A stretch of DNA of 63,727 bases, filler included, from Welwitschia mirabilis (Eukaryota): assembly GCA_051453625.1 (NCBI GenBank). It is 5 parts of one record of this genome, joined end to end, with 100 filler letters (N's around TTAATTAATTAA, not from the genome) between each part and the next. Parts side by side here need not be neighbours in the genome. Positions count along the whole stretch, not along the records: positions 1 to 7,551 come from JBOZIK010000001.1; positions 7,652 to 16,804 come from JBOZIK010000001.1; 3 more parts are not named here. The stretch is one strand, 5' to 3'. Shown one piece after another: positions 1-10,996 of this stretch (positions within the stretch are counted from its first letter, which is position 1; the number at the start of each line of letters is the position of its first letter). The notes below the pieces were generated by a model. The model was not told the DNA's origin. It did not search any database and saw only the letters and a program-made list of their open reading frames with translations. The translations under genes were made by a program, and so were the position numbers.

Positions 1-75
1 AGCATTTATCTGTTAGTTTATCTGCAAAACAACTCAAAATACACTATCAAATATACTTAAGTTGGCGGCGCAACA
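1..75 (-). mobile_element. 5' terminus of an Athila-like Ty3/gypsy LTR, inserted into the RT of the adjacent copia element
   Basis: The reverse complement reads TGTTGCGCCGCCAACTTAAGTATATTTGATAGTGTATTTTGAGTTGTTTTGC, matching the LTR starts at 7500 and 9467. The copia RT frame runs right up to position 76. Confidence 0.85.
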
Positions 76-3000
76 ACTATATTTTATTTTGCAATCTTGC
101 TAACAATATTTAATTAACAAATTTTTAATATATCTATCTTGTGAAATAAATGTACCTTACTTATGTTACAGAACTTGAAGTCTTAAGAAGTTGATTATTT
201 CTCCTATAAGACTTATTTAAAATTCATCCTGCATAATCTTAGCAAATTTATTGTACAAAGATTCATTAGTAGCACCAAAAATAATATCATCTATATAAAT
301 TTAAATAATAATAAAATCTTTAACATCTTTTATAATGAATAATATCACATCATATGTACCTCTTTTGAAGCCGTTTTAAATCAAATGATTTAAGAGTTTT
401 CATACCAAGCTCTTGAAGCTTGTTTAAGACCATAGAAAGCCTTATTTAATTTATAGATATGATCAAGTTTTTGTGAGTCAATGAACCCATCCGATTGTTC
501 AACATATACTTCTTCTTAAATATTTTCATTAAGAAAGGCACTTTTATCATCTATTTGATAAAGTTTAAAATCTTTCATATAAGAAAAATCTATAAGAATT
601 CTTATTGATTCCATACAAGCCACAAAAGTAAGGTTTCTTCAACATCAATTCATTCTTGTTGATTATAACCTTTTGCTACTAGTCTTACTTTATTTCTAGT
701 AACATTTTCATGCTTATCTATTTTGTTTCTAAAAACCCACTTGGTGCCAATAATTGGTTTGTTAGAAGGTCTTGGAATAAGTTCCCAAATATTACATCTT
801 TAAAATTAATTAACTTGTTTTTGCATAGTAACCATCCAATATTCATTATTTTTTACTTGTTTGAAAGTTTCAGGTTCAATCTGAGAAATATAAGCTACAT
901 AACCATAAAATTTTCTAGTATGACTTCTAATTTGAATGCCTCTATAAGGACTTCCTATAATGTTTCTTGTGGAGTCAACCTTCTTTATCTTTATCATGGT
1001 TGATGGATTTTTCTTTTTTAATTCTTCTTTTTTTCCTTCCTCACTATCATATTGAACTTGAGTTTGTCTCAAGGGTTAAACAATTTGCAAAGATGTAGAA
1101 TCATCTTCCACATTTATAGAATTTGACTCAATATCATTTATTTTAACATTTATCACTTTCTCAATCACATGGATCCTATTATTATATACCTTGTAAGATT
1201 TACTTACTAGAGAATATCCTAGAAAAATTCCTTCATTAATTTTTGAATCAAATTTTCTTAAATAGCCCTTTTCATTTAGAATAAAGTATTTTAAACCAAA
1301 GATATAAAAAGACTTAACAAAGATTTTTCTACCTGATCGTAACTCATATGAAGATTTAGAATTGAATTTTCTTACTAGAACTCTATTGGAAACATAATAA
1401 GCTATATTAATTGCTTCTATCCAAAAGTGATATTGTACCTTTTTATTATGCATCATTATCCTTCTCATGTCGTTAAGAACTGTATTCTTTCTTTTAGTTA
1501 CTTCATCTTATTAGGGAGTTCTTGGAGTAGAGAATTGATGTAAAATGCCAAATTATTTATAAAATTTCTTAAGCTTTGCATTTTTTGAATTCAGTGTCAT
1601 TATCACTTCTTATCATTTTGATGTTGTATCCCTTTTGATTTTGAAACCTGATGCACAACTTAGAAAAAGTATCGAAAGTCTCATCTTTATATTTAAGGAA
1701 GGCTACCCATGTAAAGTAATAAAAATCATCTACAATTATCAAATAATATCTTTTCTTACCTAATATTTCTATAGATGAGCGACCGACAACATCTAAATGC
1801 AAGAGATCTAATGGATGTTTAGTAGAGATAATATTTTTCTTATCAAATTTTAATTTTATCAGCTTTTCTTTCTGACAAACTTCACAGATCTGATTATCAA
1901 TGCTTTTANNNNNNNNNNNNNNNNNNNNNNNNNNNNNNNNNNNNNNNNNNNNNNNNNNNNNNNNNNNNNNNNNNNNNNNNNNNNNNNNNNNNNNNNNNNN
2001 NNNNNNNNGCTTTTAAACTTGAAAAGTTCCCTTATCAATTCCTTTGTAGAGAAGATCTTGAAAATATCTTTATTCACATGACCAAGCTTCTTGTATCATA
2101 GCTCTACTTTACCTATTTTACTAAGGAAACACTTAGTTCAATTGTTAGATACATCTTGCAAGGTGATAATGTAGACATTTTACTCTAGGAAATAAGACTT
2201 TAACATTATATTATTCTCTTACAACAGAATCATTCTTTGTAAATGTAATAGAGAAATTTGCATCACAGAGTTAAATTACACTTAAGAGATTATGTTGCAA
2301 ACCTTTTATAAAAAATACATTGTTTGTCTTAGGTAAATTACCTCCTCCAATGATGCCACCACCTTTAATTGGTATTTTTGTATTATCTCCAAAGGTTACA
2401 ACTCTCTTATCTTGTTTCACCAAGGTGGTGAAGCTAGATTTGTCTTTAGTCATATGCCTTGAGTAATCACTATCAACATACCTTGCATGCCTCTTCACTG
2501 CTTTGAATGCTATTTAAGATAAAGGTGCTACTTTGATTTTGGCGCCTATACTTTTCTTAGTTTGTTCTTCATAAAACATTGTACCATTCTACTTAGCCTT
2601 TTGGCATTGTCAATATAATACCTTCTTCTAAATTTCATTAGACATCTGTATTGATAATGACCTTCATTATGACAATAATAGCAAATAATATTATTTATGT
2701 ACAAAAAGTGTTAATACCTCAGCTTGTAATTCCACTTATAAAGTAAGCAAGTTGAAGTGCTTATTGTAGCTTTATTGTGTCCAAAGTACTTTTTTCATTT
2801 GATCGTCTACACTATATAAGCATTACATTTAAGGTTTCCTTTCCTTGGATGAATTTCTCATTAATATCCTTTGAATTAAATAGTTTTTATTTTACACACT
2901 TCAATTCATAAGTTAGTCTACTAACCTCAACTTTAAGAGTTGAGTTTTCTAAAGATAATTTATTGCTAAAATTATTTTCTTATTCATAAGCTTCTTCATA

Positions 3001-3352
3001 AGCATGAAGTAACATTTTCATTTTTAATACATGCCTTTTCTAGTTTAATGCATTCTTTAGAAATTAGATCATATCTTTTTTGAAGATCCAAACCTATGTC
3101 ATCTTCATTATCTAATTCATCTTCTTCTTCTATCTCATATTTTTCTTATTGAAAATGTGCAATGGCCATGAGAGTAGGAGAGGTTTCTTAATTTGATATT
3201 TTTCTCCCTATTGCAATTTTTATGATTCCTTTTTGGTCATTTATTCATCCCTGAAAATCATAAGATTGTAAGAACATCCATATCCTCATCTTCTAATAGA
3301 CATAATTTGTCCATTTAAAGAGTGGAGATCTAACAGATCACACCCCTTCCAT
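76..3352 (-). pseudogene. Copia gag-pol pseudogene (gag, protease, integrase, RT)
   Basis: N-terminus MEGV*SVRSPLFKWTNYVY*KMR. Zinc knuckle CYYCHNEGHYQYRC at 2642-2683. Protease YVDSDYSRHMT. Integrase HLDVVG...IRSDNDTEF and FWIEAINIAYYVSNRV. RT IYIDDII at about 284-300. Many stops and frameshifts. Confidence 0.93.
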
Positions 3353-3390
3353 TGTTCACTCAACGAAGTTACTACTTTTCATGAGTACCT

Positions 3391-3402
3391 ACTATGATAC
3401 CA
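3391..3402 (-). promoter_or_regulatory. Primer-binding site (tRNA-iMet type)
   Basis: TGGTATCATAGT lies 2 nt after the LTR CA end. The consensus is TGGTATCAGAGC. Confidence 0.8.
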
Positions 3403-3404
3403 CG

Positions 3405-4808
3405 TGAGGATCTATTTCAACTCAGGAGGAGAGGTGAATGAGTTCCACCAAATAAAACTTACACCTAATAATAAAATGAAATATGTAATAAAACACCTTA
3501 CTGAGATAATGTGGTTTCTTGACCTGGGTACGTCCACATACAAAGGGTAGCTTCTACTCACACCTTTGGATATTCTTTACTTACAAGCAAATATAGTTTT
3601 CTAGTACACCATCAATCTTACGTCAAATAAGAGTTTCATCACAAGAAATTACTCTCTCCTCCTTAAGGGAATAATGGTTTTTTAGCTAACCAATAATCTT
3701 ACATCCAACAAGTACCTGAAAGCATAATAATAATTACACACCCCTATAAGGGTTGCCTTATAAAGTGTTTGATATTCAATAAATGAACTCTACCATAGTA
3801 GTTAATAATAAGATAGTCCATAATGAATAACCAAAATGTAATGCAATAAGAAGCCTAAATATTTACTTTAATGAAAATTCAAGATCCTTAAAGTTGTTTT
3901 TTCCATTATGAGTATGAATGAGAAAGATGATAGCAATGAAGATCCAAATCCAAGAGATGAAACAATGCTACCTTCTTGTTAATGAATCTTTTGATTTATT
4001 CATGAGAGGTTCCCTTTACTAGTTTTTTTTAAAGATTTGTATATCTTTGATTCAATGAAGTACCAAAAGTTCTCTTTCAATTTGTAATGTTGAGGATTTA
4101 TAACATTGAGGAAGATCTAGCTATGTGAACTTGAAAGGTAGCCTTTTGATTTTGTAATCATTGTGTAATAGATAGCTAATGTTTATGTCTTGGGTGTGTA
4201 ACTACACTTTTAATTAACATTAACTTTGGTCCAAGACATATTGAATTTTATAGAAATATTTACTCCATATGTCTTTATTTTTCTAAATGTCTACGCTCTA
4301 GATGTCTTTACTTATATAGAAGTCTTGAGTTAACTTATCTAGGTTTTTATGAAATTCGCACTGTAGTATCCTTAGATCTCCATGATCATGAATCTTCTGT
4401 GTACAAGTTAATAGCTTAATCTAAAATTCAAGATATTAGTTAAAAACAAAATTAACTCTAGTACTTGTTTTGGCTCAATATAAACATCTTTAATTTTGTA
4501 GATAGGTCCATCTTTTAGTTTAATCATCTTAAATATGGTAGTTTTCCTTTAGCATGTTACTTGTTTTTTAGTAAATGCAAAACGTCTTTAAATTTCTAGA
4601 CGTATTTACTTGATATGTCTTCAATTTTCCAAATGTCTTAAAACTATTAATTTTTTAGTTTAGCACTGGATCCTTTACATGAGATGTTGACTTTAAAGAT
4701 CCATCATGGTCTAGTGCTTATCAAGGTTTGATGTTCCTATAATTACCTATTTACATAATGACACAGAATATTTGACAAGTGAAGCCATCAAATCTAGATT
4801 TTCTAACA
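3405..4808 (-). repeat. 5' LTR (~1.4 kb) of the copia element
   Basis: TG...CA termini on the minus strand, adjacent PBS, TATAAAT near 4100, and decayed repeated AGACGTCT-like motifs at 4230-4640. There is no partner LTR in the window to confirm the outer boundary. Confidence 0.7.
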
Positions 4809-6369
4809 CAATGTCATGATAATAGTAGAAAAAACACTTCGTAAAATTATAAAGTTAATAAATTAAAAATTTATTCAAATGTAAGTAGATTTACTCCAAA
4901 TGTAAATATTAGTTGCTCCACATTTCAAAGAGAAATGCATCAAATTTTGAAAGCAATCATTTCAAATTTAATCTGATCATAGCATAAAAGAAGTTAAATA
5001 TTTTGAAGCTTTATATACCTTTTAAGAGTAAAGTATATTTGTTCAAAACCTTGGAGATGACTAAGATTATTAAAATTATTTTGTTATAATCATTTTAGTT
5101 ATTAAAGGTTACACATAAATAAACACAACCGTTCACATCATGTATAATATCCATATCTTAAGTTTGGTATCATCATCATTATAATTAGTCTGTGGTATGA
5201 AATATTACATCAATTAATTACAAGATATTTGATAGTAATACTTAGCTAATCCCATTTGCACTAACATTATCCACACCTACACTTACATGGCATTGAATCC
5301 AAACTAATAAGAAGCTAAATATTTTCATTAGTAGAAGAGATGCAAATGAATAAGAGTATTTCTTATTTAGTCATATCGTACTAGTCTTTCATTTTAACAA
5401 CAAGCCTTATGTTGAAGATAATAAGATGGTAATTTAATCTTAACCATCCATTATGTAAGGATGTTTATTGATGAAATTATTATGTACCTTGTGCATTTAC
5501 TTAAGGACTATTTTGTTTGCATTTTAATGGTTCTTCTTCTCATGACTTTTACATTATTCTACATTGTTATTTTTTCAACCTAAGTAAGCCTTCCATTAAC
5601 AAGATAACTCTTCTCATATGATGATATCTTATTACCATATGAAATTAGACCTAGTAAGAATGAACATGAATAATAAAATAAGAAGTGACACATTTGGTTT
5701 TGATATATTAAATATCCATAAGATGGCACATGCTTGTGAAAATGCTTTCCAATTAAGAATGTTTGAGAAAGAACCCTTAAAATCCAAAAGTAATCATATT
5801 AGTTAATATGATAACTAAATAAATAGATTTCTAGAAGATTTACAAATTAATAAATGCTACAAGTTTAGATCTTATAACATCATCGTTTATGTATAATGAG
5901 TAATAAGGATTTAATAAACAAAACATAGGGGTTCTAAGGAGGGATTTGCACTACGGTAGATTTGAAATACTAACTCTAATAGATTAACAATTGTGTCTTC
6001 AACATTATTATTGGAAATAAGATGATACATTATGAATGAGAAATGATATAATTCCATATTAGATATAAAGGGAATGCTTCTAGAAATTTTTTCCAAATAC
6101 ATTATGATATTCTGACTCTTGATGAACATTACATATTCTTTTCTAATAGCGTCATTGCTTAAGTTCTCCAATATGGTGATTTTTATAGTGTTGGTGACTA
6201 AAGTAAACATAGGAAATTTTTTGACAGCCTTGTAATTTTTATAGAGAAAATAAGATCTAATGAGATATCATTTCCATCTAGTAATAAACAATTCATAGCA
6301 GATCACCACTATTGAATTTAGAAAATGCAAAGCATTTGTAATTTAGTTAATATAGAGGCATTGACACTA

Positions 6370-6830
6370 TGATCTTAGTTAGTATAATCTTGGATAAGAA
6401 TGTTAGCATGATTTGGTTACCAAATTTGACATTAACATTAAGATAGATGTGGCCAATTATAAGCATCTCAATGTTTTGCATAGCATCATTAATGGCGAAG
6501 GTAACGATGATGGCAAAGCCAAATAGAAATATCAAGATATTTTATCCCATTTGCAAGTGATATAATATGTAAGAATGATGTTAACAAGCCCATTATATAA
6601 ATCCACGATTATGAAAGAGTGTAAGTAACTGTCTACTAAATTGATACTACTCATTTGCCAACTCATGTAACTTTTTATAAATATTATTAAAGCACTTTTC
6701 AAGATATTTTTTTTATGGATGCTACTTCTTCTCAAATGCTAACATTAAAGTTTACAATAAGATAGTTGTATGATCATGATGATGTAATTGATGAGAAAAT
6801 ATGTCATAAGGCCTTTGAATAATCCTTACT
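6370..6830 (-). pseudogene. Decayed N-terminal fragment of a plant STP hexose/H+ symporter (MFS sugar porter family)
   Basis: Manual translation gives FNVSI*EEVASI (cf. YDIGISGGVTSM) and YLEKCFNNIYKK...QFSRQLLTLF (cf. FLEKFFP.VYRK...KFDSQLLTLF). It also gives [42 protein letters not shown] (cf. [42 protein letters not shown]). Most differences are explained by G->A or C->T changes. Confidence 0.82.
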
Positions 6831-7499
6831 TCTATGATACACTTAATCCATGAATTACTTAATGTAGTTCTCAAAGTTTTGGTCGGAAAAAAAAGTTTCC
6901 TATGACTTCCATAACTCATAAATTACTTTTAAGTTAAGAGAAGTATTAGAGAGTAAAAAGGAATACATGAAATAATACAAGTAAATGTAGAATTCTATGT
7001 GAATGAGTAGTAACTTCAAGTTATGTACCACATAGGTTCATGAAAAATACTAGTGAATGTAGGCCATAAAATGTAAAGTTTTAGGAGTGGATAAAACAAG
7101 TGAATCATCCAGTGTAAGAGTTCTTTTTGCCTTAGGTTCTGGTATTCAGCTAACCATTATTTCTTATCAAATGCTTTTTAAGTTAGCTAGTGACATGCAC
7201 ATAGTTTCACATTTATCCTCATCTAGTACTATGCTGAGCATGAATAGATACTCTTCATTGTATTCCACTGGATCATTATATACTCTATGATTTCTTTTCA
7301 ATAATCATTTATGTTGAAATGGTATCATAAGGCCTTAGAGAAGTGTTGATGAAATGGGATGGTGGTTCATGTTCCATGTTTTTGAACTATTTGGTCTTAA
7401 AGTATGACAATACTATGAAGGCATTTTAATCTCACAACAATAAGTCTCAACTTCTATAATGAAATGACTATTAACTTAATGATGAAATCCTAGGTTGAT

Positions 7500-7551
7500 T
7501 GTTGTGCCGCCAACTTAAGTGTATTTGATAGTGTATTTTGAGTTGTTTTGC
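7500..7551 (+). mobile_element. 5' terminus of an Athila-like LTR, cut by an assembly gap
   Basis: TGTTGTGCCGCCAACTTAAGTGTATTTGATAG is near-identical to the reverse complement of 1-75. Confidence 0.85.
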
Positions 7552-7595
7552 NNNNNNNNNNNNNNNNNNNNNNNNNNNNNNNNNNNNNNNNNNNN

Positions 7596-7607
7596 TTAAT
7601 TAATTAA
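7596..7607. other. Artificial scaffolding spacer (also at 16849-16860, 31532-31543, 48175-48186)
   Basis: TTAATTAATTAA (stops in all six frames) is centred in 100-nt gaps of 44 N + 12 + 44 N, four times. Confidence 0.95.
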
Positions 7608-7651
7608 NNNNNNNNNNNNNNNNNNNNNNNNNNNNNNNNNNNNNNNNNNNN

Positions 7652-10136
7652 GATAGAGGAAGCTTTCTACCCCATAGATGTAGTCGTTTTAGAAGTTGAA
7701 AATCAAAATACATATCCCCTACTTCTAGATAGAGCTTTCTGCATAATCGCCCATTGCATCATAGACACTATAACTGAATTGATAAAATTTTACTTTAGAA
7801 ACAAATGATTTTCAATATGAGTCTTTGATGCAGTAGAAAAAGATTTAGTTAACACTTTAGACTTAGAGAAAAATCTAAAACCTAGGCTATCTTTACACAT
7901 CCCTCCAAATCTGAAGCAAATCATAAAAAAACAAATCATGCAAATAATGAGTGAAAAATGGTGTGCATATATCGAAAATGATTGAAATGACATGAGGAAT
8001 TTTAGACACAACTGTGAACATAGTAGAAGCATTTTTTTCCTACTTAAGTTCTTCCTTGGCCTACTCCTTAGTTAAATATTATGACTTTACCTGATCATCT
8101 TTTAAACTTGACTTATGTATTACTTCATAAAGTATCATGATTAGTTTATACTTGGGCATTTATAAGTGGTGAGATTGGATTCACCCAATCTTGAGACATT
8201 CCCATGTCTATGGAATGTATTTATAAGAAGATACCTTATTTCTTGTGTTGTTTTTTTTTCAATGGTGGCTAAATATTAAGTTATCAAGGAGTGTTCATTT
8301 CTATTTTTTACTTGACTTATTCATCTTAGTCTTTTTTAAGTATGTGATCCCATGGGAATTATCATTTTTTGTCAAAAAAAATGAAAAAAAATGAAAATCA
8401 TGATGTCATACTGTAAGTACCGGGGCAAATGTTTCTGAGAGGAGCCTTTGGCAGTGTGATATAGTAGCTATTGGAACTCCACTAGGGGGTCAGTTAGCTA
8501 TGCTTCATATGTCTTTACTCCTCTGACAGTGGTTGCACTCCCCTCATCATGGCAAAAAAATTAAAAAAAAATAAAATAACCTTTTAGTATTGCCACTTGA
8601 TCATTTCACCTTTGGAGATTTCGGTGAGTTTGTAAGTAGAAATAGATGAGTCCATTTCTAAGTACCTTTTGATTTTGACCTCTATTGTTCTACACAGTCG
8701 AAACCTTGGATATCATCATAACCACTGACCTTTTGAATGAACTTTATTGAGTTAATATATTTTATCATGCATCATTAATCAGGTAATGTTATGCTGTTTT
8801 TCTTTGGAGTTTGCTACTTTAGTACTTAGAATAGGTAAACATTCTTCTTCTTATTTCTTATGTCTATTTCTCATATGCTTTTCTTCTATTTTTATGTTTA
8901 CTATTTTCTAGTCATTTTCACATTTTATTTTCTTAGAACTTTACTCGTTTTGTAGTTTTCATTCCAGTCGTTCTTGTAATTTTTTTCCCCTTAAGTTTAA
9001 GCAATTCAGGAAGCATTGCACATTTTAAGTGGGGGGTAGGATATACATATAATTTCAGTATTGCATATTTCTTATATAATTTTTTGATTATAAATACATG
9101 ATTACATATTTCTAAAATAGAATTATTTAATTTATGATAATCATCTTTTTATTTGATAGTTTATCACAATGAGGATTTAATATTAATGCAAAATATGATT
9201 TCTGTCACAGGTTCCAGATCCTGAAAATATTTTGAGGAGCATGTCATCTCCACTATCGTCCGGACGACAATCCGGACAACACAATTATAGTACTTCCCAG
9301 GTATTTTATTTAGTTTTTAAAATTTCAGAAATTCAGTTCATTACTGATACATATATTTCAAATACTCTCCTTAGATATCCTAGCTATTTTTTATTAAAAA
9401 GTTGGATTGCAAACATGGTCTACCGTCTAGTTTTATCAGGGACTGACAAGGCTAAGTGAGGGGCTATGTTGTGATGTCAACTTATATGTATTTAATAGGG
9501 TATTTTGAGTTGTTTTGCAGATGAATTAATAGATAAATTCTTAGTTCCTATGACAATCAATAATTAAGGAGCACAAGACGAAAACATGTAATTATCAAAT
9601 ACAATACAAGAAATTCATGCAGGAACAGAAGAGTATCATTTTTGGATCATGATTCTACAGAAGATAAAGAAATCTCACTAACTAAAGATGAATAAAAGTC
9701 TGTCGTCCTCTCCATCATCCCCAAAACAGGTAGGACGACAACCCCAATTGAGCGACAAATAGACTTCTTTCTAGATAACTTATAGTTAAACTGAAGGTCT
9801 TCTTATCAGATATCATCGTATACCTCATTGTCCAGATGATATTAGTGGACGACATCTCCAGAAATAGTTGATGAAAGTTTGCATACAGATCACAAGCAGT
9901 AAACTAGAAGCTAAGAAGATAACTCATTGTCAATCCTCGTCGTCTCGTCCATCGTCTAGATGATCATCAAGATGACACTGTTCTCTATCACTTTTACAGA
10001 ATGTATTTCAAAGTTATTGCCTGTTCTTTGCGACTTTTCTTTACATGTTAGATAGAGTTTCTACTTTACTTTTTAGTCAGTTCCCTTTCCCTTTCTATCT
10101 ACAAATAAAGGTCTCCCCCTCAATCCCTAATCATCT
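7652..10136 (+). mobile_element. Athila-like gypsy element, 3' part: protease C-terminus, non-coding region, PPT and start of 3' LTR
   Basis: 7652-7850 translates IEEAFYPIDVVVLEVENQNTYPLLLDRAF. An internal PPT-like AAGTGGGGGGTAGG lies at about 9027. The PPT AAGTGAGGGGC precedes the LTR start TGTTGTGATG at 9467. Confidence 0.8.
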
Positions 10137-10236
10137 NNNNNNNNNNNNNNNNNNNNNNNNNNNNNNNNNNNNNNNNNNNNNNNNNNNNNNNNNNNNNNNN
10201 NNNNNNNNNNNNNNNNNNNNNNNNNNNNNNNNNNNN

Positions 10237-10996
10237 ATATCTCATTGTTAATCCTCGTCGTCCCCTCCTTCATCTGGGCGATCATAGAGACGACACTGTT
10301 CTCCTATAGTTTTACGGAATGTTTTCCCGAGTTGTCACCTCTTCATTGCAGCTTTATTATGCATGCTAGCTAGGGTTTCTTCTTAACTTTTCTATCAGTT
10401 TCCTTTCCCTTTTTGTCTATAAATAAAGGTCTCCACCTTAATCCCTAATCATCTTCGATAGTACCTAACATTCTTGTGATAGGAGATCTTGGGATAGGAG
10501 AACCATCTTATAATCCAGAGAGACATTACCTTGGTGTTGGGTGGCGTATCCTCCATTGAGGAATGACTACTTTTTGATATAGATGTCTTTTATACTTTTT
10601 AATATAAATTATCCTTTTTATTTAATATTTCCAGGAACTTATCCCTCATAGTTTATGTTGTTTAAGATTTGTGACAAGTTTCTTTAATTATATAGATTAT
10701 GAGGGCAGTCTTTGTTAAGGTTTAGCTTGATTATATTAGTTGCATCATTATTCCAATTTCATAGATTAGTTTTACATCATTATTTCAATTTCATGCATTG
10801 CAATTTAATTTAGTAGATTAAGGTTACACATTTCTTTCTTGAAATCAACTCTTTGTTATCCATACCATTGGCCTTTGATAGAATTACGACATTTGGATCA
10901 CTCTGTCTATATTAGTGTGCTATATTTATGCATCTTATTGTAATTAATAGGATTTAAATCAAGGTATGAAACATTGCATAAATTTGTACCACAACA
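10237..10996 (+). repeat. 3' portion of an Athila-like LTR
   Basis: Contains TATAAATA at about 10418 and ends ...ACCACAACA. It is homologous to the LTR ends at 16905-17055 and 48231-48319 and to the reverse complement at 18739. Confidence 0.8.

Larger units (their letters stand above)
76..4808 (-). mobile_element. Degenerate Ty1/copia (Sirevirus-like) LTR retrotransposon, 3'-interrupted
   Basis: 5' LTR 4808-3405 (TGTTAG...CA, with a C-rich CTCATTCACCTCTCCTCC motif near its end), a tRNA-iMet-type PBS, then gag-PR-INT-RT in copia order. Confidence 0.9.

Noticed and set aside
5618..5806. ORF with TFGFD...HKMAHACEN resembling a histidine phosphotransfer domain
   Set aside because: The similarity is too short and the conserved H-x-x-K-G motif is absent.
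1..7551. Inverted repeats at 1-75 and 7500-7551 as TIRs of a DNA transposon carrying the STP fragment
   Set aside because: Both are 5' ends of the Athila-like LTR facing outward. The left one interrupts a copia RT, so they are independent insertions.
9467..10996. One continuous 1.5-kb LTR with an internal tandem repeat
   Set aside because: 9920-10136 and 10240-10454 overlap across an N gap but are clearly diverged, so they are probably different LTR copies. Removing the overlap gives about 1.21 kb, like the 35274-36494 LTR.
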